The notes beneath the pieces are model-generated. The model had not been told where the DNA came from and did no database searches. It saw only the letters and a program-made list of their open reading frames with translations. Below are positions 17,725 to 25,786 of a DNA stretch of 64,000 nt, piece after piece. How positions within the stretch are numbered: the first letter of the stretch is position 1; every line of letters starts with the position of its first letter. This stretch comes from a virus, in IMG/VR virus record IMGVR_UViG_3300042446_001168; one strand, 5' to 3'. The translations under genes and the position numbers were made by a program.

Positions 17725-17954
17725 AGAGATGGCAAGAGAAGGAATTCCATCAATCCGTATTCTACGATGATATTGATGGTAAGATCATTGGGATGGTGTA
17801 TAGGATAGGAACACAGAATACAATTTGGGGTGCAAAGGTATGCGCTGATATGGATACCATCCTTGGACAATACATTGATTCTGACTATGCCAAGAAGGCA
17901 ATTGAATTGTATTGGGATGTACAGAGTAGAACAGTACTAGAACATAATGTATAA
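17721..17954 (+). CDS. Hypothetical protein
   Basis: AGGAG RBS, ATGA overlap. Confidence 0.65.
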   Translation: MKRWQEKEFHQSVFYDDIDGKIIGMVYRIGTQNTIWGAKVCADMDTILGQYIDSDYAKKAIELYWDVQSRTVLEHNV

Positions 17955-17965
17955 TGGACTAGAGA

Positions 17966-18250
17966 ATGATAATACACAAGATCCCAATGGCACTACTGAA
18001 TAACGTGGCACAGGCAGGCGAACAAACAAGTCGCATCAACTCTCATAAACGCGAGGATGACCTGGTAAAGTATAGTAATGAAGCATCTAGCCTACAAGCC
18101 CTGCAAGAATCCCATCGCATTCATCGGAATTATATGTTCATGAAAGACACAGAACTAATCAACTTATACTGGCATACATCAAACCAATACGAGAATGGTC
18201 TGCTAAAGTATGCTGCATACTCTGGCCTGCATATAGATCGATATATCTAG
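17966..18250 (+). CDS. Hypothetical protein
   Basis: 94-aa ORF in operon orientation. Confidence 0.55.
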   Translation: MIIHKIPMALLNNVAQAGEQTSRINSHKREDDLVKYSNEASSLQALQESHRIHRNYMFMKDTELINLYWHTSNQYENGLLKYAAYSGLHIDRYI

Positions 18251-18335
18251 GCACAAAAGACAAGTTTAAAGATATATTATAGCGTTAGTTAGAGTATAAC
18301 AATATTCCGCACCTATATTACACCCTGGAGAATAG

Positions 18336-18680
18336 ATGAGGCTTTATAAAGAAACAACAGTTTGGGATACTCTGAATCATACCTATTTGCTGGATGAGAA
18401 TAAACGGTACATGCACGGATATATTAAGTTTGGGTGCAGTGAGATCGAGATGTTCAAGAATCCTATTGCATTCTCTGCGAGAGGACGAAGCTTCCTGGAA
18501 ATGGATAGTAATGTCAACGCTCCTGCTGCAGATAAGGTGATAATATCGGTAAAGGGGAGTAAGGGGAAATATTATAGTGTAGAACTAAGTGATGACGCTA
18601 TATTCTGTCCCTGCGAGGGATTCAAGTATAGGAACCAATGTAAGCATGCAGAGTCTGCCCGAGAAGAACTTTATTTGTGA
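18336..18680 (+). CDS. SWIM zinc-finger protein
   Basis: VKGSKGKYYSV...CPCEGFKYRNQCKH (CxCxnCxH). Confidence 0.8.
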   Translation: MRLYKETTVWDTLNHTYLLDENKRYMHGYIKFGCSEIEMFKNPIAFSARGRSFLEMDSNVNAPAADKVIISVKGSKGKYYSVELSDDAIFCPCEGFKYRNQCKHAESAREELYL

Positions 18681-18707
18681 TCCCGCAGATTCAGTGGGGT
18701 ATACTTG

Positions 18708-18736
18708 TTGACTTAATTTCGTTTGAGGCCGATAAT
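18708..18736 (+). promoter_or_regulatory. Early promoter cassette
   Basis: TTGACT-TAATTTCGTTTGAGGCC-GATAAT, identical to 12087-12115. Confidence 0.88.
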
Positions 18737-18766
18737 AGCCTTATGTTAACTAGTAAAGGAAACGAA

Positions 18767-19000
18767 ATGACTGAAAACGAAAAGAGCGTGTTTGGCATGT
18801 CTAAGGACGATATCCGCAGCGAGTACATGGATTCACTCACTGCCCGCTGCAGCGGTCTGGAGATGGTTGTTGCTGGGATCTTGAGTGACTGCCAGGAGTT
18901 GGTAAATGGATGCGATACGACGTCTGATAGTGTCCGCAAGCAGTTGAATGTTGCGAAGTTCATTCTGTTTGAGATGATGGATAAAAAGGAGACTGTATAA
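18767..19000 (+). CDS. Hypothetical early protein
   Basis: AAGGA RBS before ATG 18767. Confidence 0.7.
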   Translation: MTENEKSVFGMSKDDIRSEYMDSLTARCSGLEMVVAGILSDCQELVNGCDTTSDSVRKQLNVAKFILFEMMDKKETV

Positions 19001-19203
19001 TGTTCGATAATCTAATGGCAGAAGTCGAGTATGTCAAGCAGGCTCGGGGGTACGGGATTCTGGAGTCAATCGTATTCATTCAGGAGTATGAGGAGGAGTA
19101 TCCATCTGAAGTGCGTCGTGAGCTGAGGGAATTCATGCGGCAGGGGGCAAAGATGTTTGTTGGGTCGCCTGCAAAGCTGGCTGCTGCCCGGGCAATGGAA
19201 TAA
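19000..19203 (+). CDS. Hypothetical protein
   Basis: AGGAGA RBS, TAATG coupling. Confidence 0.7.
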   Translation: MFDNLMAEVEYVKQARGYGILESIVFIQEYEEEYPSEVRRELREFMRQGAKMFVGSPAKLAAARAME

Positions 19204-19206
19204 CTG

Positions 19207-19235
19207 TTGACTTAATAGCCCCCCTGGGGGATAAT
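19207..19235 (+). promoter_or_regulatory. Early promoter
   Basis: TTGACT-17 bp-GATAAT; spacer contains the CCCCC-T-GGGGG inverted repeat. Confidence 0.8.
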
Positions 19236-19267
19236 ATCTTTGTTGCAATGAGAAAAGGAGTAATACA

Positions 19268-19498
19268 ATGAATACACAAATTACAGTACCGGTAGATGCA
19301 GATACGAGACAGATAGTATCCAAGTTCATCGACAGTATCAAGGCCAAGCGTATATCGGCCGGTGCTACTGACCTAGGAGTGTTTGCGTACACTCTGGGGT
19401 ATATTGAGTCAGAGCTCTGTTATGTCCTGGATGATTCTCCAGTAGAGCTGCGCAGCAAGTACCTTGGCCGTATGATATCAGAACTAACAAAGGCATAA
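19268..19498 (+). CDS. Hypothetical protein
   Basis: AAGGAG RBS. Confidence 0.7.
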   Translation: MNTQITVPVDADTRQIVSKFIDSIKAKRISAGATDLGVFAYTLGYIESELCYVLDDSPVELRSKYLGRMISELTKA

Positions 19499-19592
19499 TA
19501 TGATCCCAATGATCGCAGCAGTAATCGGAGTAGTAGTGTTCTGTATCCTGGCATACGTAATTGAAACCAATATTAGCTACTAGGAGGAAGTA

Positions 19593-19868
19593 ATGATGAC
19601 TACCACTATGAGTACACCAGCTACCAATAGTTCTCCTGTCCTACGTGCACCTGACCAGTCTGTATTCAATTCTCGTCACGGGGGTCCTTGGGATCGGGGG
19701 ACAGCGGACAGTTGGTATAGTCGTCCTCGGAAGCCTCATTATTATACAGGAGGTACAGGAGTAGGTCAAGCAATCCTGGCAGCAGAGATGACCCCAGCAG
19801 AGATCATGGCGTATAATGCCGGGTACGATTGGAATGAAGACTTTGGAGATAAGAAAAGCTATGACTAA
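19593..19868 (+). CDS. Conserved phage hypothetical protein
   Basis: AGGAGG RBS; RHGGPWDRGTADSWYSRP..PHYY, Y.AGY motifs. Confidence 0.75.
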   Translation: MMTTTMSTPATNSSPVLRAPDQSVFNSRHGGPWDRGTADSWYSRPRKPHYYTGGTGVGQAILAAEMTPAEIMAYNAGYDWNEDFGDKKSYD

Positions 19869-19948
19869 ATCAGTGTGGGAATGGACCGTGTTCAATCTTA
19901 TGACGGACACAGCAGTGCTAGCCGAACAACAACCAGAGGAGAGCAACG

Positions 19949-20134
19949 ATGAGTAAGATGGCAATGCTGGCGCAAGACATTGAAGACATGACCCTAGAAG
20001 GCATGACCGTGCGGCAGATAGCAAGAGCAACAGGCCTTAAGCTGGTCGACGTTGCTGCCTATGTGTCCCTGGTGATGCCAGATGAGATCGACTTCCTGGA
20101 GCAGGAAGAGGCACAGCTAGCGTACGCAGCGTAG
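19949..20134 (+). CDS. Small HTH-like protein
   Basis: AGGAGAG RBS; GMTVRQIARATGL. Confidence 0.7.
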   Translation: MSKMAMLAQDIEDMTLEGMTVRQIARATGLKLVDVAAYVSLVMPDEIDFLEQEEAQLAYAA

Positions 20135-20335
20135 CAGGGGCAGTCCTGCCCGGGGCAAAACGCCCCCGGGGGGCCAAACGAAACCGGTGGCCCTAGAATC
20201 AACTACGCCTTAGTAGCCGGCCCCTCTTCTACACCCCTCTACCCTCCTCAAAATATCTTGCCGGGGGGCCTTTTCAACCGAGCTGGTTTATAATTCCATC
20301 TCACGCTAAATTTTTTTTAGGAATTTTTACTGTAA
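20135..20335. other. GC-rich structured non-coding region with pyrimidine tract and AT-rich element (candidate replication origin or other cis element)
   Basis: Hairpins CCCGGGGC/GCCCCCGGG and GGGCCA/TGGCCC, a C/T tract, then CTAAATTTTTTTTAG; among the largest intergenic gaps in the early region. Confidence 0.4.
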
Positions 20336-20362
20336 TATGCGCGTTACTAAAAAGATAATATT

Positions 20363-20536
20363 ATGAGATACTGGCTTTATGATGATGAGGGGGTATTGCT
20401 GCGTAAGTTCTGGAGTATGGATGCGGCAGAGAAGTTTCTCCAAGAGGGGTACAAAATCACAGTAGTCAAGAGAGAGAAGAAGAAGGCTCTTTCGGTTGCT
20501 GATTTGATTGCTGTCTGTGGAGAGGCTCCTTACTAG
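20363..20536 (+). CDS. Small hypothetical protein (not in ORF track)
   Basis: MRYWLYDDEGVLLRKF...CGEAPY*. Confidence 0.6.
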   Translation: MRYWLYDDEGVLLRKFWSMDAAEKFLQEGYKITVVKREKKKALSVADLIAVCGEAPY

Positions 20537-20582
20537 GATCCAAGGTATACCTATTTTACAACTGTATAGAGGAGAAGAGTAC

Positions 20583-20846
20583 ATGACAACACCAGCCCCG
20601 GAAGAAACCTTGGCTACCACTGAAGCAGAGGAGGAGCATCTTACCATGTTATACCAGAAGATGTTAGAGTATACGGTAGAGCTTTCAGAGAACTATCATC
20701 CCTTTGAGGTAGCCGGGGTAATGATGGCAGTATCGTTAGCATTATACCGGACCGGTCTAAATAATGATGAGTATGAGTCTATGTTAGAGACTATATTTGT
20801 CAAGAGGGGGGACATCTCTGTCTTCAAGCCGCAGTATTCGCATTAG
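20583..20846 (+). CDS. Hypothetical protein
   Basis: AGGAGA RBS before ATG 20583. Confidence 0.65.
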   Translation: MTTPAPEETLATTEAEEEHLTMLYQKMLEYTVELSENYHPFEVAGVMMAVSLALYRTGLNNDEYESMLETIFVKRGDISVFKPQYSH

Positions 20847-20864
20847 ACTTAATTAAGGGAGCAG

Positions 20865-21164
20865 ATGAATAATAAGATCAAGAGTATATCCGATCAATGT
20901 TTGAATGAGGCCGGATATGTTGATCATGAGTTATTTGCTATTCGTTTAATTGAAGACTGTATCAACTCTCTAGGTAGTCAGACCGACCAGGCTACTCTGA
21001 GAAGGAAGTATGGAATTGAAGAGCCAGTATTAGAAGGGATTGGACAGTACTACCCTCCCCCAGAACAAAGTGGCCCCAAGTCCCAATATACCACAAAGGC
21101 ATCGTTTGATGAGCTGAGGATCAATATGGTCGTTGTTGCTCATATCCCAGGTATGGGTGACTAG
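20865..21164 (+). CDS. Hypothetical protein (MN.KI / FA.RLIEDC family)
   Basis: GGGAG RBS. Confidence 0.65.
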   Translation: MNNKIKSISDQCLNEAGYVDHELFAIRLIEDCINSLGSQTDQATLRRKYGIEEPVLEGIGQYYPPPEQSGPKSQYTTKASFDELRINMVVVAHIPGMGD

Positions 21165-21243
21165 ATGTTGGTATTCTGGATACTATGTTTGATCATTATT
21201 ATGGTATGTTACATATAGACGTATTCATCTTAGGAGATATAAA

Positions 21244-21369
21244 ATGCTAGAGACACTATTCTGGATGGCAGTCGGAGCCTTTATTGGCTGGAACTTCCCA
21301 CAACCCGGATTTGCTAAAAATATTCAAGCAAGACTATTGGGAGCATTTAAAAAGCCATCCGGTGAGTAG
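21244..21369 (+). CDS. Small membrane protein (not in ORF track)
   Basis: AGGAGA RBS; MLETLFWMAVGAFIGWNFPQP. Confidence 0.7.
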   Translation: MLETLFWMAVGAFIGWNFPQPGFAKNIQARLLGAFKKPSGE

Positions 21370-21538
21370 TACTAACTTTGAATGCACCAGCTGCGGGAAG
21401 CAATCTGTTGATCTCTCGTTGTGGCTAGGTAATAACCCCCACAAGAGATGCTTCTGGTGCATTAAATATCCCCCCGCAAAGAAAAGAGTGGCTAATACCA
21501 ACGCTAATACTAGCAACCAAGGGAATACACTATCATGA
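21362..21538 (+). CDS. Small zinc-binding protein
   Basis: GTG start; CTSC...CFWC. Confidence 0.55.
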   Translation: MSSTNFECTSCGKQSVDLSLWLGNNPHKRCFWCIKYPPAKKRVANTNANTSNQGNTLS

Positions 21539-21699
21539 ATACCTGCTGCAACGGAGACTGTAACCAAGGACGAGACTGCGTTATTAGACTACGCAAAGAT
21601 GCAGAACCGGATCCGGCGGGAATCAATCTTGTTACCAGACTCCTGATCGTGGGCGCTCTAGGTATAATTCTATACTCTATCGTACAGGTGATTATATGA
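21535..21699 (+). CDS. Small Cys-rich membrane protein (not in ORF track)
   Basis: MNTCCNGDCNQGRDC plus a C-terminal TM helix. Confidence 0.65.
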   Translation: MNTCCNGDCNQGRDCVIRLRKDAEPDPAGINLVTRLLIVGALGIILYSIVQVII

Positions 21700-21968
21700 C
21701 CAGCCTAAAAAAAGTAACTGTCCAGTTTGATTATGTTATCTACTGCACAGAACATGATGATTCCTATGATATTGCCCGAAAGTACTTTCGCGAGGCTCTG
21801 AATGATATGACTACCCTTGACCCCCAGTATACCGTCGAAGACTATAATCCAGCAGATGGAACTATTACTGGATGGGATGAAATGTGCTTTACCTACGGCG
21901 GACCCAATAAACGCATTCGAGAAATACTCGAGAGCGAAAAAAGAACTACCCTCAAACTAGTCACCTAA
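21696..21968 (+). CDS. Hypothetical protein
   Basis: AGGTGA RBS, ATGA overlap. Confidence 0.65.
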   Translation: MTSLKKVTVQFDYVIYCTEHDDSYDIARKYFREALNDMTTLDPQYTVEDYNPADGTITGWDEMCFTYGGPNKRIREILESEKRTTLKLVT

Positions 21969-21976
21969 AGGTACTA

Positions 21977-22306
21977 ATGATTACCCTTACTAAAGCAGCA
22001 CAGGATATGGTGGCTAACATCCTGGCCAAAGAATCCGATGGAAGCGCAGCCCTTCGCCTCTCCGTCCAAGGAGGCGGATGCTCTGGATTCTCCTACTCCT
22101 TTGCACTCGACGATACCCAAGAAGAGGACGACTTCGTGGTACCCAATGACCAATTTAAATTCTGGGTCGACGCCATATCAATGCAATACCTAACCGGATC
22201 TGTGGTAGAGTACGAAAGTACCCTTACTGGCGGACAGTTTAAAGTGAGCAACCCCAACGTCACCGCTACCTGCGGATGCGGAAGCAGCTTTACTATGAAG
22301 GAATAA
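21977..22306 (+). CDS. erpA: A-type Fe-S carrier, IscA/ErpA (HesB family) (auxiliary metabolic gene)
   Basis: LRLSVQGGGCSGFSY, VDAISMQYLTG, NPNVTATCGCGSSF; three conserved Cys. Confidence 0.92.
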   Translation: MITLTKAAQDMVANILAKESDGSAALRLSVQGGGCSGFSYSFALDDTQEEDDFVVPNDQFKFWVDAISMQYLTGSVVEYESTLTGGQFKVSNPNVTATCGCGSSFTMKE

Positions 22307-22328
22307 CCACCCCCGGCAGAAATATCTG

Positions 22329-22357
22329 TTGACTTAATATCGTTTTATGTTGAGAAT
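22329..22357 (+). promoter_or_regulatory. Early promoter
   Basis: TTGACT-17 bp-GAGAAT; downstream GACTTTGTAGTGAG shared with the 10674 promoter. Confidence 0.75.
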
Positions 22358-22407
22358 AGACTTTGTAGTGAGGTTGATATTAATGAATTCTACTTGGAGA
22401 TTATATT

Positions 22408-23367
22408 ATGGCACATTTAGTTGAAACAATGGCGTACGCAGGCGAAACCCCTTGGCACGGTCTTGGCAAAGAAGTCCCAGCAGACCTGTCCCCAGCACAA
22501 ATGCTCGAATCAGCAGGCCTTGACTGGTCAGTAGATAAGATTCAAACCTTTGCAAACATCCAAGGACAACAAGTGTATACCGGCAAAGATGCCCTGGTAC
22601 GCTCGTCTGATGGCCGTATCCTGGATGTAGTGTCGCAAGATTGGAACCCCCTGCAGAATGAAGAAGCATTCGAGTTCTTCAATGACTTCGTTTGCTCGGG
22701 TGATATGGCCATGCATACGGCAGGATCCCTTAAAAACGGCCAGATTGTATGGGCTCTTGCTAAGATTAATGAGTCTTTTGAGGTTTTTGGTGGGGATCAG
22801 GTCGATTCCTACCTTCTTTTTACACTCCCCCACAAGTTTGGTCAGTCAATCGACGTGCGATTCACTCCAATTCGCGTGGTTTGCAATAATACCCTCACGC
22901 TGTCACTCTCTTCTAAAGAAGATAACATGGTAAAAGTGTCCCATCGCCGCCAGTTTGATGGCGATCAGGTGAAGCAGATGCTGGGTGTTGCCTCTGATAA
23001 GCTGGCACAGTACAAGGAAATGGCTAAATTCTTGGGTTCTAAGAAATATAAGAGCGAGACAGTCAAGGAATACTTCAATCGTATCTTCCCTGTCAATGCA
23101 TATGGCCGCTCTAAGAACGAAGAAACTAAGCAAAAGAAGGAATTGTCCCAGTCAGCTACTCTTGCAATGCAAGCACTGCAACAGCAACCTGGTGCATCGT
23201 TTGCTGAAGGTTCGTGGTGGTCAGCATTCAACGCTGTAACCTACCTAACTGACCACGTTATTGGCCGTACACAGGAAGGTCGCCTTACATCAGCCTGGTA
23301 TGGTCCTAATAAAGGCCTCAAAGTAAAAGCTCTTGAGACAGCCGTTGCAATGGCAGAGATGGCATAA
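22408..23367 (+). CDS. DUF932 family (phage/plasmid-like protein)
   Basis: MAHLVETMAY..ETPWHGLG, PLQNEEAF, TAGSL, TPIRVVCNNTL, WSAFNAVT motifs. Confidence 0.9.
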   Translation: MAHLVETMAYAGETPWHGLGKEVPADLSPAQMLESAGLDWSVDKIQTFANIQGQQVYTGKDALVRSSDGRILDVVSQDWNPLQNEEAFEFFNDFVCSGDMAMHTAGSLKNGQIVWALAKINESFEVFGGDQVDSYLLFTLPHKFGQSIDVRFTPIRVVCNNTLTLSLSSKEDNMVKVSHRRQFDGDQVKQMLGVASDKLAQYKEMAKFLGSKKYKSETVKEYFNRIFPVNAYGRSKNEETKQKKELSQSATLAMQALQQQPGASFAEGSWWSAFNAVTYLTDHVIGRTQEGRLTSAWYGPNKGLKVKALETAVAMAEMA

Positions 23368-23368
23368 T

Positions 23369-23647
23369 ATGAGCAAAGTTACTTGTCAAGTGTGCAAACA
23401 ACTCATCCCTGACGGTACTTTGCTGTGTACCAACTGCCAAGGCAGTCCTCCACCTTGGCAGTGGCCTACCAGCCCCCCAGAACCTGAATCAGATGATGAT
23501 AGCCTGGGATTATTTGGATGGTTCGTATGCATCGTGGTAGGAATGTTCTTACTTGGTTCATTACTTGGATGTGGTACAGTCGGTGGCACCGTATCTGGTG
23601 CCGGTAAGGATCTCTCTAAACTTGGTGAATGGATTACACAAAAATGA
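23369..23647 (+). CDS. Zinc-ribbon plus TM plus entericidin-like lipoprotein segment
   Basis: CQVC..CTNC, TM helix, LLGCGTVGGTVSGAGKDL. Confidence 0.6.
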   Translation: MSKVTCQVCKQLIPDGTLLCTNCQGSPPPWQWPTSPPEPESDDDSLGLFGWFVCIVVGMFLLGSLLGCGTVGGTVSGAGKDLSKLGEWITQK

Positions 23648-23811
23648 AACAACCTGACGCTAAACGACACTTTCAAGTTAGCCTAGCCAAAAGCTTTATG
23701 AGATTAGCAGCAGCTACCTGTCTTATGCTAACTAGTGATGTATTCTTGCTGTCGGCCGGCTTTGCTCTGGCCGTAGCAGAAGTGCTTGGAGTAATTGAAG
23801 AACTGGTGTAG
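23644..23811 (+). CDS. Small membrane protein
   Basis: HFQVSLAKSFMR...AEVLGVIEELV. Confidence 0.7.
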   Translation: MKQPDAKRHFQVSLAKSFMRLAAATCLMLTSDVFLLSAGFALAVAEVLGVIEELV

Positions 23812-23918
23812 AATATGGTAATACAACGTACATGGGTTTGAGGATTATCACTACACAGAACACCACGTATATGGTATACATATAACAGGCAATAGTGCCT
23901 CTACTCTAGGAGATTTAA

Positions 23919-23993
23919 ATGAATTGGACTACACCAGCAGCAACAGATCTGCGTTTTGGCTTTGAAATCACAATGTACATTGCTAATCGCTAA
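23919..23993 (+). CDS. pqqA: Pyrroloquinoline quinone precursor peptide PqqA
   Basis: MNWTTPAATDLRFGFEITMYIANR*: W..P...D.RFGFE.TMY with the ExxxY core; AGGAGA RBS at 23908-23913. Confidence 0.95.
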   Translation: MNWTTPAATDLRFGFEITMYIANR

Positions 23994-24010
23994 ATAGTAA
24001 TTGTAGTAAA

Positions 24011-24300
24011 GAATTGTTGTAATCCCTTCAAAGCGAAGGCATGTTGGACGAGGGTTCGATTCCCTCCATCTCCACCAGAAACATATTGCGATGCTGTTCC
24101 GCGGCAGCGACCATAAAGAGAGTAGTGTGTTTCTGATGGGGATGACCTGGTTTCGACAGCGTGAGATAGTAGAGACGGCAACACAGTAGGCGATGACTGT
24201 AAATCAAGCAAAAACCATAAACGCAAACGATAATAAGTACGCGCTGGCAGCTTAAACACTGACCGGAGTCTGACCTGCACTTGGCAACAGAAGCAGGTCC
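24011..24300 (+). ncRNA. ssrA: Circularly permuted (two-piece) tmRNA
   Basis: Acceptor piece ends T-arm GAGGG-TTCGATT-CCCTC, CATCTCC-A-CCA (24077); intervening hairpin; coding piece starts GGGGATG (24138) giving G3:U70; tag ANDNKYALAA* at 24223-24255; terminal hairpin 24272-24299. Outer ends approximate. Confidence 0.93.
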
Positions 24301-24313
24301 CAAATTCCTCAGA

Positions 24314-24321
24314 CATAAATA
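24314..24321 (+). promoter_or_regulatory. Putative T4-type late promoter
   Basis: CATAAATA (T4 consensus TATAAATA); genome encodes gp33. Confidence 0.5.
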
Positions 24322-24463
24322 CTACTATCTACAATAGGGTCTACGGCCCAGTTCGCAATTGGCAGCACTTGATAAGGATGACATTGTGACCATCAATATT
24401 CAGTATACTGAAAGTTGTATTCCTACGTATCAAAATAATAAAATAAACAAAGAGGTAGTCAAC

Positions 24464-24991
24464 ATGAAAAAGCTAGTGCTTACTACACTTCTTGGTCTGT
24501 GCTCACTCGCATTCGCCTGCAATAACGTAGAAGACAATGTCTCTGCGGAAACGCCTCATACGGTGGCCCGTATATCGGAAAAGCAGCTAGAGTGCCTTGC
24601 CAAGAATATGTACTTCGAAGCCAAGAACGAACCCGATATGGGTATCAAGGCTGTTGGGTTTGTAACTATGAATAGAGTTGCGGATGCAGCCTTTCCTAAA
24701 ACTATTTGCGGTGTTGTGTATCAGCGAGAGGGTAGTGTATGCCAGTTCTCCTGGGTCTGCCAGAAGGGCAGGGGTCCTGCCATTAACAACCAAGACCAAT
24801 ATCAGCACATTAAAAATATGGCTAGAGAAATAGCCGAGCATCATAACACCAGTAAGAGATACGACCCAACTAAGGGATCTTTGTTCTTTCATGCTGCGTA
24901 TATTAATCCCCGTTGGAAGCTACATAGAAATATAAAGATCGGGCAGCACATTTTTTACTCTAGGAAAAAAAAGCATGATCACAGACCTTAA
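24464..24991 (+). CDS. SleB/CwlJ-like cell wall hydrolase (Hydrolase_2)
   Basis: CLAKNMYFEA, V.MNRV...FPKTICGVVYQ, CQFSW, FFHA.YINPRW, IGQHIFY motifs; signal peptide. Confidence 0.9.
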   Translation: MKKLVLTTLLGLCSLAFACNNVEDNVSAETPHTVARISEKQLECLAKNMYFEAKNEPDMGIKAVGFVTMNRVADAAFPKTICGVVYQREGSVCQFSWVCQKGRGPAINNQDQYQHIKNMAREIAEHHNTSKRYDPTKGSLFFHAAYINPRWKLHRNIKIGQHIFYSRKKKHDHRP

Positions 24992-25211
24992 TTTTAGTAG
25001 TATAGTTGAATTCTCGAAAGAGATTGAAACACTTGTCTTAGAAAAGAAAATGGAGTATATTGATGCGGTAGTATATTTTTGTGAGAAGAATGGGGTAGAT
25101 ATTGAAACTGCGGCATCTCTTATTAAAAATAATTCCAAACTCAAAGCATCTATTCAGGATGAAGCAGAGCATCTCAACTATCTACCTAAAACCCAGAAAC
25201 TACCTATATGA
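24975..25211 (+). CDS. 33: Late transcription co-activator gp33
   Basis: FSKEIE, YIDAVVYFCE..G.DIE, LK..IQ.EA..LNYL; synteny 33-59-32. Confidence 0.88.
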   Translation: MITDLNFSSIVEFSKEIETLVLEKKMEYIDAVVYFCEKNGVDIETAASLIKNNSKLKASIQDEAEHLNYLPKTQKLPI

Positions 25212-25783
25212 CAGACTACGAAGCGTATAAGATGTACTGTGCTCTGAAAAGGCACTTCCAATCAGATACGTACGACTACTTTAAATACAACGGCAAGGTC
25301 AGAGCAAGCTATGCATCGTTTGAGAAGAGGTCTGATAGATACTTTTTTACTAAGTTATCAAAACATAAAGATATTGAAGGGTTCCTAGTAGCTAACCTCT
25401 GCGGAGGAGACAAATGGGTCGGAGACCTTGTCAACGAGCAGGCAGCAGAGAAGCAATACACCGAGTGGCTGAAACGTAAGCAATCCCTGTCATACACGTT
25501 CAAAAACGATATTGACAAGGTAGAGGAAGTAAAGGAGATGTCCGTAGTAGATGGTCAACATCCAAAGTTGTTTAAACGATATCTATCCAAAGATATCTGT
25601 GCAGAGACCATTATCATTGTGAACAAGATCCAAAAAGGGTTCATGTTCAAGTATTGGGATTCAAAGTTGTCGGATCCTGTGTGGCGGCAGGAAAAGGTAA
25701 AATTGGAGAAGTTAACTCCATTTCTTCAGTACGAGGAAGATAAATACCGCAGTATACTTGTGGAACGAAAGTTGGCAGTTTAA
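25208..25783 (+). CDS. 59: Helicase loader gp59
   Basis: YKMYCALKRHF..DTYDYFKYNGK, FEKRSDRYFFTKL. Confidence 0.92.
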   Translation: MTDYEAYKMYCALKRHFQSDTYDYFKYNGKVRASYASFEKRSDRYFFTKLSKHKDIEGFLVANLCGGDKWVGDLVNEQAAEKQYTEWLKRKQSLSYTFKNDIDKVEEVKEMSVVDGQHPKLFKRYLSKDICAETIIIVNKIQKGFMFKYWDSKLSDPVWRQEKVKLEKLTPFLQYEEDKYRSILVERKLAV

Positions 25784-25786
25784 CTG

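Noticed and set aside
20171-20200. CGAAAC inside a hairpin as a hammerhead ribozyme core
   Set aside because: No CUGANGA element at a suitable position
22308-22326. CCCCCGGCAGAAATAT as an inverted partner of ATATCTTGCCGGGGGG near 20253
   Set aside because: Only about 9 contiguous matching bases 2 kb apart; too weak to call an invertible segment or element end
23990-24316. Minus-strand ORFs 23990-24316 and 24028-24303
   Set aside because: They are antisense to the tmRNA, which fully explains the sequence
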